The translations under genes and the position numbers were made by a program. Of a stretch of DNA of 64,000 nucleotides, positions 28,916 through 39,905 are shown in pieces. How positions within the stretch are numbered: position 1 is the stretch's first letter; the number at the start of each line of letters is the position of its first letter. The stretch is taken from contig CAZWYP010000002.1 of assembly GCA_964638415.1 (NCBI GenBank), positions 33,997 to 97,996 of the forward strand, in the 5' to 3' direction. This DNA comes from an uncultured Gammaproteobacteria bacterium. GTDB taxonomy: Bacteria; Patescibacteriota; Patescibacteriia; UBA1558; GWA2-36-10. The notes below the pieces were generated by a model, which was not told where the DNA came from, searched no databases, and saw only the letters and a list, made by a program, of their open reading frames with translations.

Positions 28916-31864
28916 ATGTCATTAGATTTAAATAAGCTAAATACTGCCCAAAAGCAGGCGGTTACTCATTTATCTGGTCCCGCGATTATTATTGCCGGGG
29001 CTGGTACTGGTAAGACCACGGTAATTACCCAGCGTATAGCTTATTTAATTGAAACTAAGGAAGCTAAGCCAGAAGAGATTCTCGCTGTCACTTTTACGGA
29101 AAAAGCCGCTGCTGAAATGGCAGAAAGAGTAGATAAATTACTACCACTAGGCTATGCGGAATTATGGATACATACTTTTCATGGCTTCTGCGAAAAGATC
29201 CTTAAAGACTATGCTCTGGATATTGGCTTACCTTCCGATTTTAAAGTCTTAGACAAAACCGGAGCCTGGCTGCTGGTCCGGCAGAATTTGGAGAAATTCA
29301 ATTTAGATTATTACCGGCCATTGGGCAATCCGACTAAATTCATTCATGCGCTATTGAGCCATTTTTCCCGCTGCAAGGATGAGGTGGTTTACCCGGAGGA
29401 TTATTTAGCTTATGCTGAGAATTTACAGTTGGACTCTGACCAAGCTGGTGACCGGGAAGATATCAAGCAGGAAATTGCCCGAGCTAAGGAAGTGGCAGAT
29501 GCTTACCATATTTACCAGCAGTTGCTTTTGGACAAGAACGCCATGGATTTTGGCGATATGATAAATTACACTCTGCGCTTGTTTCAGACCAGGCCTAAAG
29601 TCTTGGCTAAATTCCGCGAGCAGTTTAAATATATTTTAGTGGATGAATTCCAGGATACTAACTGGGCGCAGTATGAATTAATTAAATTACTGGCTGCTCC
29701 CAATAATAACCTGATGGTAGTCGGTGATGATGACCAGGCGATTTACAAATTCCGGGGCGCAGCTATTTCCAATATCTTGAGCTTCCAGAAAGATTACGGA
29801 AAAAACAAGCCCAAGCTTAAGGAAATATTCTTAACAGATAATTACCGTTCCGGACAGAAGATTCTGGATACTGCTTACAATTTTATCCAGCTGAATAATC
29901 CTGATCGCCTGGAAGCCAGATTAAAGTCAGGAAAAAAGAAGCTGAATAAGAAATTAATCAGTCACACTAAAGAAGAAGGGGAGATAAAAGTTCTGTCTTT
30001 TGCCGACAAGAATTCTGAAATTGATGGGATTATTAACAAGATAGTGGATTTGAAGAAAAAGAATAAAGATTCATTGTGGTCGGATTTTGCTATTTTGGTG
30101 CGGGCTAATGATCAGGCGCAGGGCTTTGTAAGTATGTTGCGCAAAGCCGGCTTACCTCATCAATTTATGGCTTCCCGCGGATTGTATACTCAGGACATTG
30201 TCTTAGATATCGTTGCTTACCTTAAACTGTTAGATAATTATCATGAGTCGGCATCCTTGTTCAGGATTCTTAATCTGCCAATTACCAATCTTAGCGACAA
30301 GACTTTAATTGATCTTAATCATTTGGCGAATAAGAAAAGCTGGAGTCTGTATTATTCTCTACAGCATTACCAGGGAGAAATAAATTTGGACTTAGGCCAA
30401 CAGCGTTTGATCAAATCCTTTGTTGATTTATTAAATAAGCATACGGAATTAGCTAAGCAGAAATCTGCTACCCAGGTAATTTATGCCTGGCTGGAAGAGA
30501 GTGGCTATCTGCAATTATTAACTTTAGAAGACACGCAGTACAATAAAGAGCAATTAGGTTTTTTAAACCAGTTTTTCCGCAAGATGAGGAATTGGGAAGA
30601 GGAGGCTATTGAAACTTCGGTCCGTAGTTTCTTAGCAGTGATTGATATGGAGTTAGAAGCTGGTGAACAGGGTGCTTTGGAGCAAGATACGGAAGCGGGA
30701 CCTGATGCTATTAAGATCATGACTGTGCATGGCGCTAAGGGCTTGGAATTTTCTTATGTCTTTATTACCAATTTAGTGCAATTGCGTTTTCCCAGTACCG
30801 AACGCCGTGATCCCATAGAATTGCCCGAGCAGTTTATTAAAGAACAATTGCCCTCGGGTGATGCTCACTTGCAGGAAGAGCGCCGTTTGTTTTATGTGGG
30901 TTTAACTCGCGCTAAGCGGGCGGTTTATCTGACTTGGGCTAAAGATTATGGCGGCTCTCGAGATAAAAAGCCTTCCCGTTTCTTGGAAGAGGTGAACATT
31001 GCCTCTCAGGAAATTCCGGCCAAAGCCATAGCTGAACCAACGGCAGTAGAACAGAAGAAATTGCCGGCTAAGTATCCTTTGCCTAAAACTTTCTCTTTTT
31101 CCCAGCTTAAGGCTTATGAAACCTGTCCCCGCCAGTATTATTACGCTCATGTCATAAAATTACACACCAAGGGCAAGGCGCAATTCAGTTTCGGTAAAAC
31201 CATGCACAGCACGCTTTATAAATTCTTCCAGGAAATAATTAATCGTCAGCAAGTGCAACAGCAGGCTTTGTTTGACCAAAATAAAGCTGATAAAAAATCT
31301 TCACCCAGCCTTAAAGAGCTGCTGCAGTTTTACCAGGAGTCCTGGATTGACGATTGGTATAATTCCGCGGAAGAAAAAGAAAGATATCGAGCAGAAGGAG
31401 AAAAGATTCTTAAGGAATATTATACTACTTACCAGCATAATTGGCCGGTGCCTTTATTCTTGGAAAAAGGTTTTAATTTGAAAATCAAGGAACATACTTT
31501 AAGAGGAGTGTTTGACCGAGTGGATGTTAATGCTGCCGGAGATTGGCAGATTATAGATTACAAAACCGGTACTGCTAAGGATGAGAAAATTGCCTGGGAA
31601 GATAAGAAACAGCTATTGATTTACCAGATTGCTGCGGAAGAAGTATTCCAGACTAAAATCAGCAATTTGACTTTTTATTACCTTAATAATAATTCTCCAG
31701 TATCTTTTGTCGGCACGCCAAAGGAAATAGATAAAACCAAAGAATGGATTCTGGAAATGATTGCTAAGATCTTATCTGGAGATTTTACTGCTACGCCAGG
31801 TCATGTCTGCGGTACTTGCGATTATAACAAAATCTGTCCGTTTGCTAAGTTAAGTGCCAATTAA
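28916..31864 (+). CDS. UvrD/PcrA-family SF1 helicase fused to a C-terminal Cas4/AddB-like PD-(D/E)xK Fe-S nuclease domain
   Basis: Walker A 'GAGTGKTT', 'VDEFQDTN', 'TVHGAKGLEF', 'FYVGLTRAK'. The C-terminus has Cys (CPRQYYY) ... 'IIDYKTG' ... 'CGTCDYNKIC'. This is the RecB-nuclease motif III plus a 4-Cys cluster. Confidence 0.85.
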   Translation: MSLDLNKLNTAQKQAVTHLSGPAIIIAGAGTGKTTVITQRIAYLIETKEAKPEEILAVTFTEKAAAEMAERVDKLLPLGYAELWIHTFHGFCEKILKDYALDIGLPSDFKVLDKTGAWLLVRQNLEKFNLDYYRPLGNPTKFIHALLSHFSRCKDEVVYPEDYLAYAENLQLDSDQAGDREDIKQEIARAKEVADAYHIYQQLLLDKNAMDFGDMINYTLRLFQTRPKVLAKFREQFKYILVDEFQDTNWAQYELIKLLAAPNNNLMVVGDDDQAIYKFRGAAISNILSFQKDYGKNKPKLKEIFLTDNYRSGQKILDTAYNFIQLNNPDRLEARLKSGKKKLNKKLISHTKEEGEIKVLSFADKNSEIDGIINKIVDLKKKNKDSLWSDFAILVRANDQAQGFVSMLRKAGLPHQFMASRGLYTQDIVLDIVAYLKLLDNYHESASLFRILNLPITNLSDKTLIDLNHLANKKSWSLYYSLQHYQGEINLDLGQQRLIKSFVDLLNKHTELAKQKSATQVIYAWLEESGYLQLLTLEDTQYNKEQLGFLNQFFRKMRNWEEEAIETSVRSFLAVIDMELEAGEQGALEQDTEAGPDAIKIMTVHGAKGLEFSYVFITNLVQLRFPSTERRDPIELPEQFIKEQLPSGDAHLQEERRLFYVGLTRAKRAVYLTWAKDYGGSRDKKPSRFLEEVNIASQEIPAKAIAEPTAVEQKKLPAKYPLPKTFSFSQLKAYETCPRQYYYAHVIKLHTKGKAQFSFGKTMHSTLYKFFQEIINRQQVQQQALFDQNKADKKSSPSLKELLQFYQESWIDDWYNSAEEKERYRAEGEKILKEYYTTYQHNWPVPLFLEKGFNLKIKEHTLRGVFDRVDVNAAGDWQIIDYKTGTAKDEKIAWEDKKQLLIYQIAAEEVFQTKISNLTFYYLNNNSPVSFVGTPKEIDKTKEWILEMIAKILSGDFTATPGHVCGTCDYNKICPFAKLSAN

Positions 31865-32153
31865 CATGGATCAATTCAAGGATTTAATCCAGCAGAAATT
31901 CGGCCAGCAGAAGGTTTACCAGCAGGCACAGGAAGGCTTGGTTTTAGCTGAGGCTAATAAATTACTGGCTAAGCTCTGGCCACAGTGGCAGACTGGCTTA
32001 CAGGCTGTTTATCTGAAGAATAAAATAGTGACTATTGCTGTTTTATATGATGAAGCCTTGCCGGATTTGCAGCAGAGAAAAAGCCAGTTGATCCAGGAAG
32101 TAAATGATAAATTTTCAGCCCCAGTGATTATTGATTGGCAGTTTTTAACTTAA
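31854..32153 (+). CDS. Small DUF721 (DciA-like) protein
   Basis: 99 aa. The pattern '...AVYLKNKIVTIAVLYDEALPDLQQRKSQLIQEVNDKF...IDWQF' matches DUF721 topology. Assignment is tentative. Confidence 0.4.
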   Translation: MPINMDQFKDLIQQKFGQQKVYQQAQEGLVLAEANKLLAKLWPQWQTGLQAVYLKNKIVTIAVLYDEALPDLQQRKSQLIQEVNDKFSAPVIIDWQFLT

Positions 32154-32162
32154 TAAACTCTG

Positions 32163-32594
32163 TTGATTTTTTACTCATTTTTTAGTATATTTAATACTGC
32201 AATGCAGCTAAAAACTTACAATCTTTTTATGATAGCAGCCACGATTATTGCCTGGCTCAGCTTTTTTTTGGTAGTCAATAGCTTTGATCCCAATCAGGCT
32301 AGCTGGCTGGTAATGGCTTTCTTTTATTTCAGCTTTGGTTTAAGCGTCTTAGGAACCTTAAGCTTATTAGGCTATTGGCTGCGGAAGATTTTTTTGCGCA
32401 AAAAGGAATTATCTTACCATTTAGTCAGGGAGTCCTTCCGCCAGGCAATTATCTTCTCTCTGGTGCTGGTTATTGCCCTCCTGCTGCAGTCAGCTAGATT
32501 ATTAACCTGGTGGAATATTGTTTTAATCATTCTGGCAGCTACTATGCTGGAGTTTATCTTTTTAACTTTCCGACAGAATAAAAATGAATTTTAA
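32163..32594 (+). CDS. Hypothetical membrane protein (143 aa, 4 TM)
   Basis: Assigned by hydrophobicity profile only. Confidence 0.4.
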   Translation: MIFYSFFSIFNTAMQLKTYNLFMIAATIIAWLSFFLVVNSFDPNQASWLVMAFFYFSFGLSVLGTLSLLGYWLRKIFLRKKELSYHLVRESFRQAIIFSLVLVIALLLQSARLLTWWNIVLIILAATMLEFIFLTFRQNKNEF

Positions 32595-32600
32595 TATTTT

Positions 32601-33608
32601 ATGGAAAAGAAATTGCAAGAAATAAAGAACCGGATAGTCCGGGAAGTAAAAGCCGTGAAGAATTCGGAAAGCTTGGAAAAATTGCGCACTAAGTATTTGG
32701 GACGCAAAGGTGAATTTACAGACATCTTGAAGAGTTTGAAAGATTTAACAGAAGCAGAAAGACCGAAACTCGGTAAATTAGCTAATGACATTAAGAATGA
32801 GGTAGAGGAAGTGTTTAGCCAGACTAAAAGCATTTTTTTGCATCGGAAATCTCCAACTCTGCAGTTTGACCCAACCTTGCCCGGTAAACAGGAACCAGTT
32901 GGCCATTGGCATCCTTCTACGCAAGTACAGCGGGAAGTGGAAGAGATTTTCGCCCAATTAGGCTTCGGCGTCTATGACGGTCCGCAACTAGAATCTGATT
33001 ATTACAATTTTACTGCTTTGAATATTCCACCAGATCATCCGGCGCGGGATACGCAGGATACTTTCTGGCTTAATGACGGCAATTTATTGCGTACGCAGAC
33101 TTCCAATCTGCAAGTGCGGATGCTGGAAAAGTACGGTGCGCCTTTCCGGGGTATTTTTCCCGGCCGGGTTTTCCGCTATGAGGCGACTGATGCTTCCCAT
33201 GAGCATACTTTTTACCAATTAGAAGGCTTGATGGTAGATAAGAATATCACTATTAGCAATTTAATTGCTACCATGAAGGTATTATTATCCGGCGTCTTTA
33301 TGAGTGAAGTGGATGTGCGTCTGCGCCCCGGCTTTTTTCCTTTTGTGGAACCGGGCTTTGAATTGGATATTAAGTGCTTGGTTTGCAACGGTACTGGCTG
33401 TTCAGTCTGCAAGCAGTCTGGCTGGGTGGAATTGATGCCTTGCGGCATGGTGCATCCTAAAGTATTGGAGAATGGTGGGGTAGATCCTAAAATTTATTCC
33501 GGCTTTGCTTTTGGCTTAGGTTTAACCCGTTTGGTAATGATGAAGTATAAGATTAACGATATTAGATTATTAGCTTCCGGGGATTTAAGATTCTTAAGAC
33601 AGTTCTAG
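32601..33608 (+). CDS. pheS: Phenylalanyl-tRNA synthetase alpha subunit
   Basis: 'FRYEATDASHEHTFYQLEGL', the Cys-knuckle 'CLVCNGTGCSVCKQSGWVELMPCGMVHP', and 'GFAFGLGLTRL'. Confidence 0.9.
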   Translation: MEKKLQEIKNRIVREVKAVKNSESLEKLRTKYLGRKGEFTDILKSLKDLTEAERPKLGKLANDIKNEVEEVFSQTKSIFLHRKSPTLQFDPTLPGKQEPVGHWHPSTQVQREVEEIFAQLGFGVYDGPQLESDYYNFTALNIPPDHPARDTQDTFWLNDGNLLRTQTSNLQVRMLEKYGAPFRGIFPGRVFRYEATDASHEHTFYQLEGLMVDKNITISNLIATMKVLLSGVFMSEVDVRLRPGFFPFVEPGFELDIKCLVCNGTGCSVCKQSGWVELMPCGMVHPKVLENGGVDPKIYSGFAFGLGLTRLVMMKYKINDIRLLASGDLRFLRQF

Positions 33609-33623
33609 AATTTTGAAATTTTT

Positions 33624-34154
33624 ATGAAAAGGGAATTATTGGTATTGATAGATAAGAGAAATAGAAAAACTGGTGTTGGAGAGAAAATAAAAATTCATAA
33701 GGAAGGTAGTTTACATAGAGCTTTTTCCATTTTTATATTCAATAACAAAAAGGAAATTCTTTTACAACAAAGGGCAAAAAATAAATACCATTCTCCACTA
33801 CTGTGGTCCAATACTGTTTGTGGTCATCCAAGGCCAGGAGAAACCTTTCTTCAGGGAGCATATAGGAGACTACGAGAAGAAATGGGCATTAATTGTAGAT
33901 TAAAGAAACTTTTTTGCTTTATTTATAATGCTGGTTTTAAAAATGGTTTAATTGAAAATGAATATGATTGTGTGTTTATTGGTAAATTTAACGGCAAACC
34001 CAATCTAAATAAAGCGGAAGTAATGAAATATAAGTGGGTTCCTTTAGGATTTTTAAAAAAGGACATCATAAATAATAAATATAAATATTCAATTTGGCTT
34101 GAAAAAGCTCTAAGTAAGATTAAAGCGAGGGATATTAGTAGGATTATAAAATAA
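33624..34154 (+). CDS. idi: Isopentenyl-diphosphate delta-isomerase type 1 (Nudix fold)
   Basis: 'HRAFSIFIFN', 'LLQQRA..K', 'W.NTVCGHP', 'GE....A..RRL.EEMGI'. Strongly AT-rich relative to its neighbours. Confidence 0.65.
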   Translation: MKRELLVLIDKRNRKTGVGEKIKIHKEGSLHRAFSIFIFNNKKEILLQQRAKNKYHSPLLWSNTVCGHPRPGETFLQGAYRRLREEMGINCRLKKLFCFIYNAGFKNGLIENEYDCVFIGKFNGKPNLNKAEVMKYKWVPLGFLKKDIINNKYKYSIWLEKALSKIKARDISRIIK

Positions 34155-34156
34155 TT

Positions 34157-34705
34157 ATGCTAGGTTTATTATCACCAATTTTAATGGTAACTTATGGTCT
34201 CTTTTATGGTTTGACCATGAAAATTGCAGATTTGTTAGATGAGCACGGTTTAAAATTATTTAAAGGTAGTGCGATAATTTTTGGTTTTATTTGGGGTGTT
34301 TTTGGTAGTCTATTAGTTATTGGCAACAATGATTTAGCTAATATTATTTTGGCAATGAATTTAGCTTTTATTATTAGAAACAGATTAGACTATTTGAATC
34401 ATCAGATTGCTAGCTCTATTATTATATTAACTTTTTTATTAACCGCCACTTTTTTACCCATTAAATTTTTTATATTTTATATCACTTTTTTAATATTCGG
34501 GGGATTAAGAGACTGGATTGGCGATTCAATAAAAAATAAAAACAGATTACATTTAATTTATGATCAGGTCATGTGGTATTATCCGATACCAACATTTATT
34601 TATTCATACTTATATAATGATTGGGTTGTATTTTTTGTATTTTTATCTTATACAATTGGTTATGATGGCATAAAATATTATTTTAGAAGAAAAGGATATC
34701 TTTAG
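34157..34705 (+). CDS. Hypothetical polytopic membrane protein (182 aa)
   Basis: About 5 TM helices. AT-rich. It forms a two-gene cassette with idi, inserted between pheS and pheT. Confidence 0.4.
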   Translation: MLGLLSPILMVTYGLFYGLTMKIADLLDEHGLKLFKGSAIIFGFIWGVFGSLLVIGNNDLANIILAMNLAFIIRNRLDYLNHQIASSIIILTFLLTATFLPIKFFIFYITFLIFGGLRDWIGDSIKNKNRLHLIYDQVMWYYPIPTFIYSYLYNDWVVFFVFLSYTIGYDGIKYYFRRKGYL

Positions 34706-34740
34706 TTTTTATTTAAATTTTATAATTTTTTAACTAATTT

Positions 34741-37173
34741 ATGTATTTATCTCTAGATTGGATTAAACAGTGGGTAAAATTACCCAAAGATTTGACGCCT
34801 AAGCAACTAGCTTTGGATTTTACCATGTCCACGGTAGAAGTGGAGGAGGTAATTGACCAGTCTGCTGCTTTAACAGGTATAGTAGTAGGTAAGATTAAGG
34901 AATTAACCAAGCATCCGCAGGCAGATAGGCTGCAGGTTTGCCAAGTTGATTTGGGAGATGCCGAAGAACAGATTGTCTGCGGTGGCAGCAATTTATCTAA
35001 AGGCATGCTGGTAGCGGTAGCTAAAGTCGGTGCTAAGGTTAAATGGCATGGCCAGGGAGAATTGGTAGTCTTGGAAGAAGCTAAGATTCGTGGCGTAGTC
35101 AGTCGGGGCATGATTTGCGCTTCCGAGGAAATTGGCTTAGCTAGCCTTTTTCCGGCTAAGTCAGAAAAAGAAATTTTAGACCTCTCTGATTTCAAATTAA
35201 AAACTGGACAGCCGCTAGCTGAAGCTTTGCATTTAAACGATATTATTATTGACATAGATAATAAGTCCATTAACCATCGTCCAGATCTTTGGGGGCAATA
35301 TGGCTTGGCTAGGGAATTAGCCGCTATTTACAGCACTAAGTTCAAAAGTTATGAATTAGCAGAGATTAAGCCAAAGAAAGAGGAAGTTAAATTAAAAGTT
35401 AATGTAAAAGATAAAGCCAAGTGCTTCCGTTATCTGGGAGTGGCAGTTAAGAATGTAAAGGTGTCATCTTCTCCTTGGTGGCTGAAGACTAAACTACAGG
35501 CCGTTGGTATCCGCTCTATTAACAATATTGTTGATGTGACTAACTATGTCATGTATGAATTAGGGCAGCCTTTGCATGCTTTTGATTTAAGGCAATTGGA
35601 AGGAGAGCAGATTGAAGTTAAAACCGCCCAAGCTAATGAGGAGTTTATTACTCTAGACGGCATTAAGCGTGAATTGCCAGCTGAGGCTTTAATGATTGCC
35701 GACAAAAAGAAATATATTGCCATTGCCGGTATTATGGGCGGTCAAAATAGTGAGATTGGCTTAGATACAACTGACATTGTTATTGAATCGGCTAATTTCC
35801 AGGCTAGTAATATCCGACGTACATCTACTGCTTTAGGCTTGCGTTCCGAAGCTTCTAGTCGCTTTGAGAAATCTTTAGATCCGCGTTTAGCAGAGTTGGC
35901 GATTAAGCGGGCGGTGGAGCTAATCTTGGAGTTATGCCCGGAAGCCTATGTGGCAAGCTCCTTGGTTGATGTAGATAATAACCCCTTTAACCCTATTACC
36001 TTAACTGTTCCAGAAAGCTTAATTAATGACCGTTTTGGTGCAATTATTCCTCACCAGCAGATTAAGAGTATTTTAGAGCGTTTGCAGTTTGGTGTTAAGT
36101 ACAAAAGCAAGATTTTTACTATTAATGTTCCCAGCTGGCGAGCTACTAAGGATATTTCCATTCCGGAAGATATTGTGGAGGAAGTAGCTAGAATCTACGG
36201 CTATGACAATATTAAACCTACTTTGCCCAGCGTTGCTTTACAGGCGCCAGTTATGGATATTTCCTACCAGGCAGCTAAAGAAATAGTTAATTGGCTGTGC
36301 TTAGCTCAGCACTATGATGAAGTATATACTTATCCCTTTACTGACAAGGCTTGGGTTAAGAAATTAAATCTAGATTTGAAGAATCATCTTAAGGTGAAGA
36401 ATGCTGTTAGTCCGGAGCAGGAATTTTTGAATGTTTCCTTATTGCCTAATCTTTTACAGAAAGCAGAGGATAATACCAGGTTCTTTTCTGATTTTAAAAT
36501 CTTTGAATTGCAGAGAGTATTTGATAAATCCAATACCAGCATTTACCATACAGATAACCAGAAAGCTAATTGGCTGCCGATGCAGGATAAGTTTTTATCT
36601 GGCGTAGAGGTGAGTAAGCAGCCAGTTGCTAATGCTTGGCTGCAGGTTAAGGGATTAATTAATAGCTTATCTTTGCACTGGAGTATTGATTGGCATTTGG
36701 AGAAAATTAAACTGCCGTTTGCCGCTCAAGCCTATGAGCTTAAGTACCAGGATATGGTATTAGGCAAGTTCGGATTATTGACCAAAGAATTATTTGACAG
36801 CAATAACCAGGATTTAAGCATTGCCTGGTGGGAAATTAATTTTACCTTAGCCAGCAAGTATATTAGCAACAACAAAACTTATGAAGCTTTATCTAAGTAT
36901 CCAAGCGTTAACCGTGATTTAGCAGTAGTCTTGGATCAGAAATATTTATGGGAAGATATTGCTAAAGAAGTTAAAAACGTTTCTTCCTTAATTGTCCGTT
37001 TGGAGCCGTTTGATGTTTTTGCCGGGGCTGGTATTCCGGCTGGGCAAAAGTCATTAGCTTGGCATTTAGAATTTCGTAGTCCAGAGCGCACATTATTAGC
37101 TGATGAAGTTGATGAAATAATGAAAGAAATCGTATCAGTTTTAGAGAAAAAGTTTCAGGCGCGCAGCCGTTAA
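34741..37173 (+). CDS. pheT: Phenylalanyl-tRNA synthetase beta subunit
   Basis: 810 aa. N-terminal tRNA-binding (EMAP-like) domain, B3/B4, B5, and a C-terminal FDX-ACB domain. Confidence 0.9.
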   Translation: MYLSLDWIKQWVKLPKDLTPKQLALDFTMSTVEVEEVIDQSAALTGIVVGKIKELTKHPQADRLQVCQVDLGDAEEQIVCGGSNLSKGMLVAVAKVGAKVKWHGQGELVVLEEAKIRGVVSRGMICASEEIGLASLFPAKSEKEILDLSDFKLKTGQPLAEALHLNDIIIDIDNKSINHRPDLWGQYGLARELAAIYSTKFKSYELAEIKPKKEEVKLKVNVKDKAKCFRYLGVAVKNVKVSSSPWWLKTKLQAVGIRSINNIVDVTNYVMYELGQPLHAFDLRQLEGEQIEVKTAQANEEFITLDGIKRELPAEALMIADKKKYIAIAGIMGGQNSEIGLDTTDIVIESANFQASNIRRTSTALGLRSEASSRFEKSLDPRLAELAIKRAVELILELCPEAYVASSLVDVDNNPFNPITLTVPESLINDRFGAIIPHQQIKSILERLQFGVKYKSKIFTINVPSWRATKDISIPEDIVEEVARIYGYDNIKPTLPSVALQAPVMDISYQAAKEIVNWLCLAQHYDEVYTYPFTDKAWVKKLNLDLKNHLKVKNAVSPEQEFLNVSLLPNLLQKAEDNTRFFSDFKIFELQRVFDKSNTSIYHTDNQKANWLPMQDKFLSGVEVSKQPVANAWLQVKGLINSLSLHWSIDWHLEKIKLPFAAQAYELKYQDMVLGKFGLLTKELFDSNNQDLSIAWWEINFTLASKYISNNKTYEALSKYPSVNRDLAVVLDQKYLWEDIAKEVKNVSSLIVRLEPFDVFAGAGIPAGQKSLAWHLEFRSPERTLLADEVDEIMKEIVSVLEKKFQARSR

Positions 37174-37288
37174 AATCTTAGTTAAAATTTAATCTAATAT
37201 TAGCCAAAAATCAGCCTATATTTTATTAATACTCCAGGTTGATTTTTTGTTATTTTTATGCTAATATTAGTTCATAATAATCGGTTAA

Positions 37289-39337
<2,049 letters not shown>

Positions 39338-39343
39338 ACTGCA

Positions 39344-39904
39344 ATGTTTTTTAAAACATTCTCTCCACAGGAGACTTTGCCACCTAAAGTGATTACTCCC
39401 CGCCAAGTGCATGGCGATAACATAGTGGAAATTATTACCGGCGAAGAAGATTTAGCCGATACTGACGGCTTATTTACCAAAGATGATAAGTTTTTATTGG
39501 GAATAAAGACTGCAGATTGCGCACCTATAATTTTTATTGGCCAGCATAAATTCGGTATTATCCATGTCGGCTGGCGAGGCTTATGCGGACAAATTTGCGA
39601 GAAGATGCAGGAGTTATTTGCTGGAGAGAATCCGCAAATATACTGCGGACCATTTTTAGCTGAATTTGAGATTAAAAAAGATTTTTGTTATGAGCAGATT
39701 GAGCAGAAATTCGGTGAGCAGTTTTTTACTTTTGACAATGGTCGTATAATTTTCCGCTTCAAAGACGCTATTGCTGCCTTACTGCCTAAAATAGTCTTTG
39801 ATTCTAGAAATACTTTTGTTGATCCAAAATTAGCCAGTTGGCGCCGGGATCATATAGAGCACCGTTCCAATGTTACAGTGGTAGGTTTATTAACTAAGGA
39901 TTAA
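39344..39904 (+). CDS. Short YfiH/PgeF-like (DUF152, laccase-domain) protein
   Basis: His ... 'TADCAPI' ... 'HVGWRG' triad pattern of the family. 186 aa, which is shorter than typical. Confidence 0.55.
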   Translation: MFFKTFSPQETLPPKVITPRQVHGDNIVEIITGEEDLADTDGLFTKDDKFLLGIKTADCAPIIFIGQHKFGIIHVGWRGLCGQICEKMQELFAGENPQIYCGPFLAEFEIKKDFCYEQIEQKFGEQFFTFDNGRIIFRFKDAIAALLPKIVFDSRNTFVDPKLASWRRDHIEHRSNVTVVGLLTKD

Positions 39905-39905
39905 A

